A DNA stretch of 64,000 nucleotides from Phoronis australis (Eukaryota; Animalia; Phoronida): the NCBI GenBank assembly GCA_002633005.1, contig NMRA01000417.1, positions 343,183 to 407,182 on the forward strand, read 5' to 3'. Below the pieces are notes generated by a model. It did not search any database and was not told where the DNA came from. It saw only the letters and a list, made by a program, of their open reading frames with translations. Shown here piece by piece: positions 38,056 through 53,000 of the stretch (its first letter is position 1; the number at the start of each line of letters is the position of its first letter). The translations under genes were made by a program, and so were the position numbers.

Positions 38056-41000
38056 AATATTTGTGCGTACGTTTGCCACTGCCTCTGGTCGTTACAACAT
38101 TTGGTACACAGCTTTGACTGGACCCGCCGGCTCGCAGTCAGCCATGACGTGGCTGATGAATGTGACACTGTGCTGGTGTGTCTTGTGTAACATCCTGCTC
38201 GTCTCAATAGTCCCCTTCATAATTCCTTGGGCAGATATCGGTGGGCAGCAGCTGGTCGACTTCTTCGGCTTCAAGTCATTGCGTCACATCACGCTGACCA
38301 GTCACCTGGAGATCAACACGGAGCTGGTACTCCTTGGTTGTATCTTCAACATGAGTGTTTTTGCCCTGAACCTCATCTGGGAGATAATTATTCGCCATAC
38401 GCGCCGCCCAACTGGACAGGTTTACTATGACATGCAAGAGTTTCAAATGTGCTGTGACAAGTGGAAGAAAGAGAAGGCTGCTAAACTTGCTGCAACGAAG
38501 GATCAAAGCTTGTCTTTAAAGCAACGAATGAAACAAATGGCCATCGCGTCAACGACATCATTGAAAAATCTTTCGAGCGGCATGAAACGTAAAAAGGATG
38601 CTATAGCTACATCTGCTATTGGTAAGGCTATGAAATCAGCTTCAAAGAAGCTTTCATCATTAAGTCCAAGCCCTAAACGAAAAGCGTACGAAGCTAAACA
38701 AGTGTTGTCAGCCTCAGTTTCAAAGGTCAAATCAACGCTTGGTAAAAGTCAGCCTACCGAAAGTTTCCAAAAACAAACCAGAGCTGTTGACCCTAGCCAG
38801 GCATTTCCAGCGAAGATGGCAGGCACCGCAAAAAATGCTGTGGATAGCGTGAGGGGTATGTTCTATTGTGGTAAACCCCAAAGCATCGTCCAGCAAACCA
38901 CAAAAACAGCCCAAGCAGTACGCCGGGTATTTCAGAAACTCAAAGATTGCCTTATTCCCAAAAGGTCTGGTGGGGCAAAGCAAACACAACATCTTGCGGC
39001 AATGGAATCAGTGAAGGTTGCCCCGAAAGCTGTTCCTGACGTGATGGAGCGGAAGCTTGATCAATGGTACGAGTCAAAATTTGCGACACCTGGACTTAGA
39101 TCAGAAACTCTTATTGAGGTCAAAGATAAGGAACCAGCATCAGATGGCTTAAAGTCAAAAGCCTTGCATCACGACCCAAGGCAGCCTTTAATCCCGTTTG
39201 TGTTTCCATCCAAAACTGAAAAAAAGAAAACAAAAGGATCACGACTTAAGTTGTCGGTCAGTCTTATGAAGCTGGTCTTGCGTGACGACCAGTTAAAGCG
39301 TCTGTTTTCCGAAATCGGGGAAGAGACGGATCGCTTTGAGAAAAAATCAGACAAACACTACGAATGGGAATTTTATAGAAAACGGAGTGGCAAAAAGTCG
39401 AAAAAGGGTTTGCATCCACTTCAGATGGCGAGCAGCATGCAAGCATTAGTTGAACATGACAGGAAAATGAAGGGGGCGTTGGACAAAATATCGCATTATG
39501 CTGAACAGAGAGAGGAGAAGCTGTCTAAACAGGATGCCTCGTTTTGGCACTTAAGACGAAGAAGTGCTACAAAGCACAATATTGAGGAAGATAAAAAGCT
39601 CATGGTATCTTTTTTAAAGAGTATCAGTAAACGAGAAGATAATGAAATGGTGCCAATTACTGGAGTAAGTGCAGGTGAAACTGTCGCTTCTAAAAAAGAC
39701 ATCTCTCTCCCTGAAACAAAAAATGCGATATCTGAAAAGACGTTGGCAAAGACCGAATCAAAGAAAAGCGTGAAATCGTCTCCCGAAAAAAATATACCAA
39801 AATCCCTAACTAAAATTGCGTCAGGTGAAAGGGTTTCAAAAAACAAAGATAAGTCCGGTAGTGATGAGTCTAAAAAAAGTAAAAAGGGCAAAGCAAACAA
39901 AAAAGACAAGAACAAAAATGAAGAAGATAAAAGTAACGATAAGAAAAAAGTAAAAAAATTAAGTAGTGTTAAGAAAGCAAAAAAGGATAATGAGAAAATT
40001 ACAGATAAAACTTCAAGCAGTGGTATTTCGAAAAAAAACATAGGCAAAAGTAAAAGCAAAGAAAATGAAATAGATAAAGCATCAGTCGGTGGTAAGAAAG
40101 ACAAAAAGGTGAAAGATAAAAAGGGTAAAAAAGATAAAAGCGTCGTTGCCAAGAAGGGCAGTGCAAAAGGCAAGAAAGACAACAAAAAGGATAAGAAGAA
40201 AGACAAGAATAAATCAGCAAATGCATCAAATAAAAACTTTAATAATCCGCCAAGTGAATTGGAAGCAAACCTTTCAGCTGCCATGCAGGACAATAACTAT
40301 GGAATATTTCCAACCAAACATACTCATTACAGCAAAAACATTCCGAATGTGCCCTCTACTGAACATGCCTTAGAGAACTCTGAACTTGGATCTCCGCATA
40401 AACCTAATTTAGATAACACTCATTGTCACGAAAATGGTGGTTCACTTTTGTCACCGCACATAATATCCCATTCAAGAGCGAAACTCACCCATGTCAACGA
40501 CCTAGGGCTTGATCAAGAAGAACCTGGTATGAAAGAAGGCAATACTAAGCGTAATGATCCGGTGATCAAAAGAATAAGAAAGTCTAAAGCGAAAAGTGAC
40601 AACGATGACAGCGAAAAAAAGAAAACAGATGTAAGAAGCATACAAGAACATTCTAGTCATTCAAAGAAACTAAAACCAATTAATAGAATTAAAATACAAA
40701 AGAAAAAACGCTTGTCTAAATGGAATCAGGAATCGTCTGAGAATCAGAGAGAACTAACCAGACATAAAGACAAACAGGCTCGGGAAGTCGAAATGAATGC
40801 ATCTGAGCAACACTACGTAACTGATGACAAACTGTCATTAAATCAAGCCGCGAGGGTAGATGACCTCACAAAACGTAGAAATTCCCAAATTCTTACGGAT
40901 AATTTTGAAATACAAATGAAGCTCCTTGAGAACGTCCACGAATCAAAGGATGAAGTGAAACGCCACCACCATAGCCATAAACCAAAAAAGCACAAATCAA

Positions 41001-44000
41001 GGAGGAAACCTGGGTCCAAGAACATCGTATCGCCCAACAAAAATTATAATAGCTCGCGCCACCCGTCAAAAGATGCAGGGTCTACGGGCGGTTCAACGTT
41101 TGGAGATGGCAACGACGCTGAAATTTCAAAAGACAAAACATTCGATTTCACATACTTTGACATAAAGGCCTACTTTGAAGCGATAGGTGTGGAAGCCAGA
41201 GCCATAAGGCTTCCTCGTTATGTAAACGCCCTCACAGTTGATGATTTAAGTATAAAAAACGCTGTAAACAAAGAATTTATTGATAATCTTATGTCAATTG
41301 ATCACGATGTACAAAGAAGTGTACAGAAAGCAATAGAAGAATATAACGGCAAGAAGAAGACAACCTTATCCACTTGTACAGGTTTAGTTGTTGAAAAAAT
41401 GAAGTCTGGTCGGAAATCAGGGCTCAAGGAACAAACAAGGAAGATTGCTGAGGACAAAAGTTTGAAAAAGTCTTCAAGTGATAAAATCAAGCAAACATGC
41501 TCGTGTTGCCCGTTTGTGAAGAGAAATGATGGTGCTAAAGAAGACCATGCAAGCAAGGTCCATGATCGTAAGATAGATTATAAGGAAACGAAGTTAGAAA
41601 ATATAAACAAGGAAACAGGAGACGCTAAAGAGTGGGATAGCAAAGAGTTACCACAGCATAAAAAGACAACATTGTCGGAAATAGATGACACGCACAAGAA
41701 AACAAGGGCTTCAAAGCAACAGATGAATCATGAATCTTACACGCGCATTGGTCAGGTAAAAAACTTGGAGAGTAAGGACGAGCCAACAAATCAATGTTAC
41801 ATTAACACTGCTGGGAATGCAAATGCAGCTGAAAAGGTCAGCGTAAATGCAAACAACGATCCAGATGATTCTCACAAAGAAAGCAGCTCTTCCTCAGAGA
41901 AGAGTCTTACGGATTATGATGATGCGGTTCCTAAAAAGAAGAAACAAAAAACCATCAAGAAAAAAATAGGAAGTATGATTGACTCGCTTAAACGGAGGTT
42001 ATCAAAAGGCAGTCGGAGAAAGTCGTCTTTCGATCAGACACCCATACAAGTAGAGAGAGGCTTAGATAAAGCGAAGATTCCTAGCAAGCACCCACGGAAA
42101 GGAAGCAAAGATAAACATAAAGACAATATAGGTCGTTCTCTTAAAGACCCAAGAAACAAGAAGATATCTCTCATTGTGCAGCCAAGTGAATCATTTCGTG
42201 GCTACGTCACAGACGAAGTCAAACTTCGATTTCAAGAATTTTCAGTGGAACTCTCTCGAAGATTACTGGTTCTTCAGGATGACCAGCTGCAAGGTCGACG
42301 ATATCTTCGACAAGGAATAGGCGAACCGTTGCCACAAAGGACGTCAGGCAGGAAATCGGGCCAGAGCAGCAAAGACACAACATATCTAGCCAATCTTCAC
42401 AAAGCTACCGATGTTTCAAAGGTTACACTGCAATCGTGCGAAACTCAAGAAAATACCTTTGCGACGATACTGCCAACTGGAATAGACTCGCGGAAGGAGA
42501 CCAAACAAAAACGCAGTGAACAACAAACAGAAGCTTTAACAATTGAAATAAGGCGACAAGTAGATCAATCGAAAAAAAAATTGCTGGACCCCTTACTACT
42601 CCCGGACTATCTACCTCGGACACCACGGTCGTCTAAGATGGAACCCAACCTAGATACGTGTCTTCAAAATGAAACCAGTGACGGTAATGAAAAGAATCTT
42701 AAACGGCATCTCCTTGAGAATAACGCAGACAATGAAAATTTTGGAGAAAAAAGAAATGGTGAAATAAAAATGAAAACTGAAGATATGACCAATCAGTCAC
42801 TAGAGCAAAATGTAAATGCCGACACAGTGGGGGGTGTTGAATTGTCTAAGAATGAAAACGCAAGGGACTTTTCTGGGTACAATTTAGAAGAACCAACGCT
42901 AATGGAAAAGGTAAGCGATATAATGCAGATTAGCCTCGATTCTCTCTCTAAAATGATGCTCCAACAAAACGCAAACTCAACAGGAACATCTAAAAAACAA
43001 GATCGGAATGAATCACACGAAGACCTGTTGGAAAATGCCCGTGCAATTATCGCCTTGTCTGTGTGCAAAATTGCAGAGGAGTTGTCAAAAATGAACGATT
43101 CTGGTGAGTTGAAAGAGATGATAAAGGATTCGTGCATAAAGGTCCGCGTTTCACAAAACGCTCTTCTTGTCGAAGACGTTGCAAAGGCTAAAGCTTCTGG
43201 CAATCTAAGTCGACATGACTACAGTTCTGTTCAGTTCGAACAAGTGAAAGACATGGTTTCGAAAACAGTATCAGGCGTTGCACTAGCCATGAATGTTCGA
43301 AAAGAATCAGTCCCTGTGAAATATCCAATAAGTCAAGAGGTGTGTGATGTTTTGGATCTTACAACTCAAGATCTTGTTTCTCTAATGCTTTTGACAATTT
43401 CTAACACGATCGCTAACGAAGCAGGCACTAAGGGACTCTATGGCACCATCACATACGACGATACTCGAGAACCTATGTCGAGATATATGAGAGCCGCAGT
43501 AGGGCTTGCAAAGTATTCTCTACAGAAAATAGAAGATTCCATGCCTCAAAACATTATCCCTGATAAAAATAAACAGCAAGTGTATATACCTTTTGACGAA
43601 AAGAATGAAGTGTATAAAGTTCTCAAAAGCCTTACAAGCAACGTCGCACAGAATTTCTGCTCCAAACCAAAAAACCAAATTATGTCGAAAAGCGACACAA
43701 AATTATCAAAAGAAGTAACTCAAGAAATTGACCTAGCAGCAAAAGACATGGTGACTGTGATGCTTCTACAAACATCAGGGGTCCTGTCAAGGATGGAACG
43801 TTCTGGAGAGCTACAAGTGGCAGTTGCGCAAAGTATGAAGAGTGCTGATAAGCTGAATAAGTTATCAGACCCATCTCATTTAGGAAAGGTTCTTGGAGTA
43901 GCTCAATCGTCTCTCGGAAAAATCGATGGCGATCTCACGTCCGGAATGACCATTCGCGTCTCAAAAGAGTTGGCAGATGAGCACAGTGTTGAACAATTGA

Positions 44001-47000
44001 GACGGAAGCTCGCTAAGCATATCGTAGACTCTGTAATGACCCAAGCAACCAGCAGTTTGTCGATGACTATACAAGTACCATCAAGCAGTGGCCCTAAAGT
44101 GACAATACATGACCTAATGCGACTTGGTAGAAAGGATCCTCGTTTCGCAATGAGAGTGCTCGTGCAGAAGATCGAGGCTAATCTTAAGAAAACATACGGA
44201 GTTCTTCGAGACTTTGGGGCTAAAGGCGTTATGTATAAAGCCTCCAAGCGAATAGGTACGTTGAAAGACGACTCGTACAAAAGAGCGAAGATGATAGTGG
44301 AAACGACGGTGCATAAAATCTGCAAAACCGTTGACGAAAGTGAAATTCTTAGAGGGGTGAATGAACATGTAAGAAAAGTATTGGACGAATTGAAATGTCT
44401 AATGTGCATTGACTTGATTTCACCTGACTCCGATATGACTGTACAAGCAAAAAAGTCAAAACAAAGGGAACGAGAATGGAAAAAGAAATCGCGTCAGCTC
44501 CAGGAAAGTTTATCTATCAAACAGGAAGTTGCCCAAATTAAAGAATCGTTGATGTACATCGATACAGAGCTAGACAATGCTAGGAAAATTGCAAACGACA
44601 TTGCGTTTGCCCAAATCGAAACAAATAGATCTACCATGAGAAATTTGGATGAAGTGAAAAAGAACCTTGAGAACATTGCATATAATTTACATACTCATGG
44701 CAGTAAAACTGATGTGAAAAGCATTAATGACGTCATTGAACATGCTAAAAAGGTGACTGAGGAAATAACGTCTGTGCATTGTCAAATGACTAAGGCCACA
44801 AGAAGTCATTTAGTTATTGTTCGTCAAAACTTAGACAATTTGGCAAAGAAAATCGTTAATAGAAACAACAACATGGCGGAATTTGACGAAAATCAACTTC
44901 AAAAGCAAAGCTGCCTTTGGTCCCTGCAATCATCGTCGCTAAGCCTGGCGAGAATCGTATGGGACGAAGGCCCTTTCAAAGTCGAGCATGTGTCTGGCCA
45001 GTGCCACACAGCAACTCAGTTAACTGACGAGTTAGATGAAAAGCCTTTGTCGTCCCTCGCGTCAACCGTTGACGTTGCAAATATTTGTCTTCGACGAATC
45101 ACAAAGGAACTTAGCGCTATGGAGTTAGAGCTTCATCCTGTTGCCAACAACGTGTCTTTGCGTGTAGCATTAAAACTATCAAATTCGGCCATGTTAGACA
45201 TAGAGCACGCACTTGCATCTTTCCGTGCTGAAACTGTCAAAGGCTCTAAAAGGCGCGTTTTTCTAAAGCTACCTCTGCAAATTTCGACATTTATCAAATG
45301 CCTGGAAAATGTTTGGTGGCAATTTAAACAACTTTCAAGGCTTATTGGAGGACAAACATTAACACGGAAAGGAAGCGGGGAGACGGTTGTGCACGACGCC
45401 ATGGCTAACATTCTGACCTCTTTGTTACAAGTACGAAGTCAACTACAAAACATCCAGTGTGTGCACTCGACAACTGAAGGTCTTTCACTGAAGGAAACGT
45501 TGTCTAGTACAAGGGACGTGATATCAAATGTAATGAATACTATGAAAAGCCAATGTTCATTAACACAGGACATTCGCGAGTCATTGCAGATTGCAAGTGA
45601 CTTGGCACTTGCGTCGCTCGACAATATAGAGCTAGGTTTATTTCAATGTGTCACTGCCACAAATACAGCACCAACACTTGGATCATTAGAGAATCCTGTT
45701 CTTATAAAGATAGTTGTCTCTTTTATGCTATCTGTCCTTGAAACGCTTATAGAAAACGAAGTCGACCTGGAAAAGGCTACAATTAGCAGTGTCGATGCCA
45801 TGGGCATGCTCAGGACTGTGTTGATTGAATTGGATCGTGAAATAAGCTTAAAATGTAAACCAAGGGATATGAGCCACCTGAGCGTCGCAGAAAGTAATCA
45901 AACAAAACGTGCCATTAACGAGGCTATTACATGCGTGCTTAATGTAGAGCACGTTGTGAGAAATGCCTCCTCGTCAAAAAAATTTCGTATGGATGGTCGA
46001 ACTCTGTTACCTCTTGCCTCAATGTTGAGAAAAACCCAATCTTATAGCCTGTTTGGAAATTCAGAAACATTTGTTAATATAGGTGGTAGATGCTGGTCTT
46101 CTGAAGATCTCGATATCCCGGATGATCCTTATATGGAGTACTTCACGTGTTGGAAGGACTCTGTAGAATTAACAAAAAGTGTAATGACTTCATTGCAAAA
46201 CAACGACAATAATGATGTCCATTTTGTTACCTATAATACTCCTGGTATTCTAACAAGGAGTTATCATGATCTAAGGCGAGAATATTTGAAACTGATGCAA
46301 CTTTCGCTGTGTGCAATGGAAGACGAGTTCGACGATTTGGTTATTGTTGATGATATGAGCACAAGGAACAACCTTTCAAACGAAAATGCACAAACAAATA
46401 ATGATGATTCAACCAAGTTGGTTAGGAAAGCCTCCTTGCTTGTGAAAGGAATCAAGTGTTTGGTAGATGGCGAATTGGTGTTCTCTTCAAATGATCGCCG
46501 TCAAGCAGACGATAACGATTTTCTGTTCGATATGCCAACGGAACTTAACAAAAACAATGCTAACGCATGTGCCAATTCTGTACTTCTCCCAGTGTTTGTC
46601 CAGTTTGCAAAGGAAATCGTCACACACTCGCTGAGTACGCCACGGACGATCCAAATGAGAAGCATTAACCAAAAACAAAGCTCATTTGCTTTAGTTGAGA
46701 CAGTCAAGAAAACTATTTTGGACAGTATTGAGCCATTGCACTCACACAAACTTGTGTCAAGAGTGGCCTCGTATTTACAGGAACAGTGTGATGCAGCAAA
46801 ACGTGACGAACAAGTTGATATGGAAACTATGAAAGACGCACTAACAAAGGTAATGAAGGCACTCGAAACATTTAAAGACGGAAACGCCACAGCCTTCAAG
46901 ACTCCAGAAGCTGTTCTCGGTCATAGAGAAAAAAATACAACTGATCACGACGTTCACCTGAATTGTGCCATATTTCTTGTTACAAAGTCTTTAGAGGAAA

Positions 47001-50000
47001 TATGCGAAGAACTTGACATGAAAGGGAAACAAATAAAAGAACACATCATTCCCTCTTCTACAACTTTGGATACCTCGTCGGTATGTTTGACGCAATCCAC
47101 TCAAGCTACCGTTATTAACGGCCAGGTTGAACTGGAAAACAATCAACCTATGGTCCGTTCGGCGAAAGAAAGTGCGAAAAGCCTGATTTCATGTGCGTTG
47201 ACTGAAATCGAAAAAAAAGGTCTGAAAGGGTCTGATTTAGGCGTCAGAGCTGCAAATCCTGATGTTTGTCTAAAATTGTATGGAAATTGTTCTGCTTGCA
47301 CTGTTGCTGCACAGTGTTTGGTTAGGTCGAATTTATTAGATGTTGCCATCAGCAACTTTGCTGGAGACAAAAATGCTCCAGGCCACTGTGAAAGCTGCCG
47401 TTCCGTTGAATTGACAATGAAGACGCCTTCTCAACAAGGTCACGCCAGCGTAGGTTCTCAAAGTCAACCATTTGTAGCTTCACTAGGTACGTCGACCTCT
47501 CTCATACCCCGTCAGTCGAAAGGAACGCAAGTGCGAACTCTTCGCGGTTTACACAGTAGCTTGACGTCAAGTGTCTCTGTGGGTACTCAAGTCCATGCAA
47601 GACGCAAATCAGTGTACAAATCCCGCTCGGAGGAGTGGAGAATTTCCATGGATGAAATAGCCAAAACGGCTAGTACTTTACTACAAAACATTGTTAGCAA
47701 CGCCGAAAACAAAAAGCGGTTAGAAAAATCCTCCATGAAATCTCGCAACGTAGTTTGCAGATGTCTTCTCAAAATAGATGATGTCTTGAAGGACGCTCTT
47801 GGCAAGGATTTTGGTGTCTTAGATGCCTTGAAATACAAAAAGTCTGGTGAAATTGCCAGTTCTCTGGTGAAAGCTATTTGTGCAGACATAGAACAGGGCT
47901 TGGAAGCAGTCGCCGACGATAAAGACTCGTTAGGCTTGCAACATAAATTGGGTCAGAATAAATTGCACAATTCATTTAAGGCCGATTTTTGCGCAGATCT
48001 ATATTCGACTGTATTCAAAGGGCATGATTTCTTTGAAAACAATCTAGGTTCGTCAAACCAAACTGTCGAGGAAGCATTAGAGACTATTGCGATATTACCC
48101 GAGAACAGTGAAAACATGTCAATAAAACAAAATGAATCGAATGCTGAGGGTGAAAGTTCTAACCTGCATGAGATGGTCAGTGACACAAGACTCGTCTCTG
48201 CAGATGATTCTGATGGAAAAGCAACTGCAAGTTTGTTTTATACTCCAGGTAGGGAGGTTGTACAGTTAGACACAAGCCGAACATATACTGTGCAAACTGC
48301 CTTGCAAGGTCACAAGACGTGGAATCCTGGCGAAAGTTGTGACATACTCGAGGGAGCGGAAGATCAAATGAGACGAAGGCAGTCACTGAGCGTTGGCGGG
48401 GTTGACTTCTTTCAAGCACGGGATGACAGTCTGCTGTCAGCGTCTTTCCCCAAGATGAGGTTTCTAATTTTGCCCTCGTCTCATTCTAGTCAAAAAATGA
48501 TATTACCACCCGTCGATATCTCTCAAAGTAACTCAAAGAACCGAGCAATAATGAAGCAGGACTCGTCTGTGAATGATGTCTTAACCAACGCAGTAGCAAT
48601 GACTAATTTACCTGAAGAAAAGGAATGTGGCAAAAACAGTCTTATGTTAAGAACTGTTATTTTAGACGGAGTCAAACTCCGGGATGACTCGTGCTATCAG
48701 CACAGTCTGACGCCATCTGAGCCATCGACACAACTTCCAGTAAGAAATTACACATCCACAGACCCTGTTATAACATCCACTATGACAGCAACAATTCGTC
48801 CTACCACATTAACAAGTCCAAATCAATCGCTGGATGATGAACGGCAACACTTTTTGGAAACCCTATGCAGCTCTTATATGCAACTAGACACGATTGCAAC
48901 TCATCCACAGTGCAGCTCTAGCGACTTCCAGATATTCGAAAACAGTAGAGGAGACGTTGAAACATCTTTAGATATTTTAGGTGGTGCAAAACAAAAACGT
49001 AAGCGTCGCACTTCAATGAAGTTACCTAACGAGAAAACGGATATTGTGGATGGTACACCGGGAACCAGAAACATTATTTCAATGGATCCGCTCAAAGTTG
49101 ACCACAGATTCGTCATCACCTCAGTTGATGAGTTAAAGAATATGAAAAATCAAGCCAAACAAGGAGATGATTGCGATCCCAGTCTTACAAGGGCTAGAAC
49201 TCTTGTGAAAAATAGTTTGCAGGAGCTTCAAGACTCCAATGATACAGACTGGACTGTAAAAAATGTCAATGATGTCCAAGAGCTAAGAAATATTCAGCTG
49301 TGTTCTAAAAGTGCTGACATCAAAGATGTGGCGTCTGAAATTGTCAGAAAATCTTTCAGTCGTGCAAAGCTACAGTCTCGCTCATCTGGACGTATCGATG
49401 GTAAATCAGTGTCTGTGAAAAGATTGCGAACAACTGTGCACCCAAAGATAGATGCAATTCGGCGTCGTATGTTCAAAGATTCCGAACTGTCGTGTCAGAA
49501 GAGTGACCCTGGTCCTCTTCTTCCAATAGACGTAGTGAAACGAAAGTCGGTTTCTAATGACGTGATGACAGACTTTAAACTGGTGAACAGAAAAATTATA
49601 GTTACTGCCAGCTCAAGTGTTGACACTCTAGGCATGGACTTGGAACCAGTGGAAGATGATACAATGCCAGCGAATGTACAAAAAAGTGACGTCATTGAAT
49701 CATCGTGTAGCGAGAACACAAAACTAGAGGAAAAAATAAAATGTGACAAAGACATTCTAAAAACGTTATCGGGAAATTTAAGAACCGATGAAAAAGTTCT
49801 TCCACTAAAAACTAGTACATGCTTTTCTGCCAATGGCGCTACAATATCTTGTGAAGCAGAAACAACCAACACAAAAAGACAAAGCAGCCTAGGTATACGA
49901 CTAAGAATGTCATCTGAGTCTCCAGAAAGTCTACGGAATGCTTCGTGGATGTTAGTGGCGCAAGTAGAGTGTGAAGTGCAAGCGTTATTGAATAGAATGT

Positions 50001-53000
50001 TTAGGCCCATGTCTCTGCCCGCTATGAACAGACGTCCTGTTTTTGACGAACACTCTCTTCGAGTACTTCAAACTAAAAATACAAGCAACCATCCAATCGA
50101 GAACAGGATTACTCAGCAAGAACAAACGTTTAGCAATGCCAATCAAAATGACAGGCTCAGAGACATTGCAACTAGTACAACTCAGCTGATTGTCCCAGCA
50201 GACCCAGCGCAAGTGTCTGAGAAAAATGCTCAAGGGAGACGGTATGCAGTCGTTGAGTCAAAAAGTGCAACCTCGCTGCTGACGAATAAGGGAGAAAGCA
50301 AAGCAAACAACTTCAAAGCAGTCTCAGTCTTGCGCAACATCAAGCGATCTACTTGTGGTGTGCTCAGTGAAATACTAAGTTGTCAAGAAAAACATAACGT
50401 TGTCGTCATGGCACCAAGCACAGCTATCGGTAGTGATGGTTCTTCAATAAAGGACTTCGTAAAGCACGGAACAACGGTCAATTCTAGCCAGAACAGTGGA
50501 CATTCGTCCATCATCTCTGCCGCTTGCAGGACGTGTGAAGACACTGAATCCATGAGCCCGCTCTCCCTTCCGAGTCCCGAGTCTAATAAGCTACTGCTTC
50601 GCACTCGCCGACCCTTTACAAGGAGATTGTCGACACACGGCTTAACTGAGCATGTTCGGCCAAGTGTAGACGAGACGTTACCTCTGCTACCGGTGTCACA
50701 TGAAGGAGAGCTTGATACAACGGCCGTTCTTCACGAACGCTTATTGGATAAATTTGATGATGACACGTATGACATTAAAGGTCCGCTTACTCAAGTAAGC
50801 GAAAGAGCACTATCTTCTTCAAAATTCACATCCACTGAAACTATAACATCGGTGAGCTCTTTACTCTCAAAAATGGTTCATCATGATAGCACACCATGTA
50901 CATTAGGTTCAAGTGACTTGCAACGGTGGTCAACTTTTTCCGTGGCAACAGAGAATGAAAGGACAGCATATGATGTCGTGGACACCAAGTTGACTAAGAA
51001 AACTGCCCTGTCAGTTATAATGGACTATGTGTCGGAGTCTGAAAGCGAAGACCTAGGAAATACGAAAGGTGACATGCAATCACATAGGAGTAATGAGGGT
51101 ATCAGCATAGATGTGCAACCAGCAGATGAAAAGCCACCAAGTGATCAAAATTCATGTACAAATTTTCAGGAGCTGAAGCATTCTAGAAGCATTAAGCCGG
51201 TCAATCCTGATTTATTATTGCTTTGTTACGTCAACCCCGGAACAAAGCAATCAACTGATCCGCTTTCAGACTTCTACAAACCCCGTAACAGATGTCTGGA
51301 TACCTTGAGAATTGGACAAACTGGACATGAAGTATCCGAAGTTTCGCCAAACAAGGAAATAGTTGAGGATGCAAAATCATCGTCGGTTACGGTTAGGGAT
51401 GCGAGTACAGTCCCCAACGAGAAAGAAGTAGTTATCTCCATGCCAGGCGAAGAATCACCAATTTCTGCTAAGTCCGATATTTTTTATGGTGTGTCTGGAA
51501 GTAAGTCTTCTCATGCCAGCTCACCATTTAAAATCCGCCGTAATCCCGTGGACGGAACATACGACAATCGCATAAGGCACAAAAGTGGCCAGATGAGTGC
51601 TATTGATGAAGAAATTTGCCAGGCAACAACACCCAATAATGTTGTCACTAATCGACACGAGCTGATGGCAGAGCCTCAAGGCACTTCACTAAGCCGAACA
51701 AGTACGTGCGAAGATATTATTCAAATGGAACATCCAATCAGTGTAGATGACGCGATACGCAATGTGTGTGACCATCTGATGGATGGCGAAAGTATGGCTA
51801 GTTTATTTTTGAAGAAAGGTGACCATGAAGAAAGTTCTGCTGACCACAACAATTTTGCTGACCTTAAAGACTTTCAGTCACAGAATGGTGCATGGGAGAG
51901 GCATCATGACGTACACATTGAATCTACTGCTGAACGGTCAAGTGGAATGCCAGTTTGTAGACTCCAGTCCATGAATAAGGAAGTGGATAGTCCCAAAGAT
52001 TGTGCACTTACGATTGACATTGATGCTACATCGCGTGCAACGGAAAGGTTAGGTACCATTGTTGGGAATGAACAGAAGACAAATGTTGCCCAAGAAGTCT
52101 CGCATGAATCAAACAGTCCAACTGCTCACGTTATGATTCCTGTCCAATTTCCAAATAACATCTTACTCAATACGCCTGAACTTTGCCGTACAAGCCAGCC
52201 ACTCAACAAAGCACAGCTTCCTTCAAGAACCATAAAAAGATGTATTGCAGAAAATGAACATTTCAGTTCAGGAATGCATTGGGATAAAACTATTGGTGGA
52301 AAGCTGGAACGATTTATGTATCAAATACAGGAACTGGAGTCTACCTGTTGTGCACTTGGTGTTTCGCACGGGACCTCTTCCGTGACCAAACTGTTTACTG
52401 CCATCTCGAGCTTCAATCGCATGCCTTGCGGAGGAAGAAATGCCTTCAAGAAGCTATTCGAAGCCCTTGAGCCGCTAGAAAGTCCGCAGTCGCTGAAGAA
52501 TGTGTCCGTTGTTCTCTCAATGTTTACATCTACCATGAACGAACTCTGTGATTTGTCAACTGGTAACTTTGACTCCTCGAACTTATCCCAGAAGGTCGAA
52601 ATGTTTTGCTCTTTGATGGCGCAGCTGTCTTTGCATATTCAGAATCAGCAACCGAAGTTACCAGATAGTGGCGCTATCCATCCACCAGTTTTGTCAACGA
52701 GAGAGTCTTCGAATTCACACTTCAGTCGTATAAACCTTAGCATCAACAAGCGTATGCACTCTGTGAATAATTCACCAAACCACGGGCACGAAGAAAATTC
52801 GAAGGAATGTGTGAACAGTCGGACCATTTCTCTTGTAACGAAACAAGACGCGAAAAACGGGAATAGCATGGCCTCCAGTGATGAAACCCATAAGAAAGGT
52901 CATGGACAACGAGTAGAAGATTTACCCCCGAGGGATCCTATGCGTGCAGGAAAGAGTTTAAAGTTTCCAAGAGCACCAGCGGCAAGTGGTATAGAAGACT

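Noticed and set aside
39496-40293. 265-aa hydrophobic minus-strand ORF and other antisense ORFs within 38-54 kb
   Set aside because: These are shadows of the sense frame: reverse-complemented Lys codons read as Phe/Leu.
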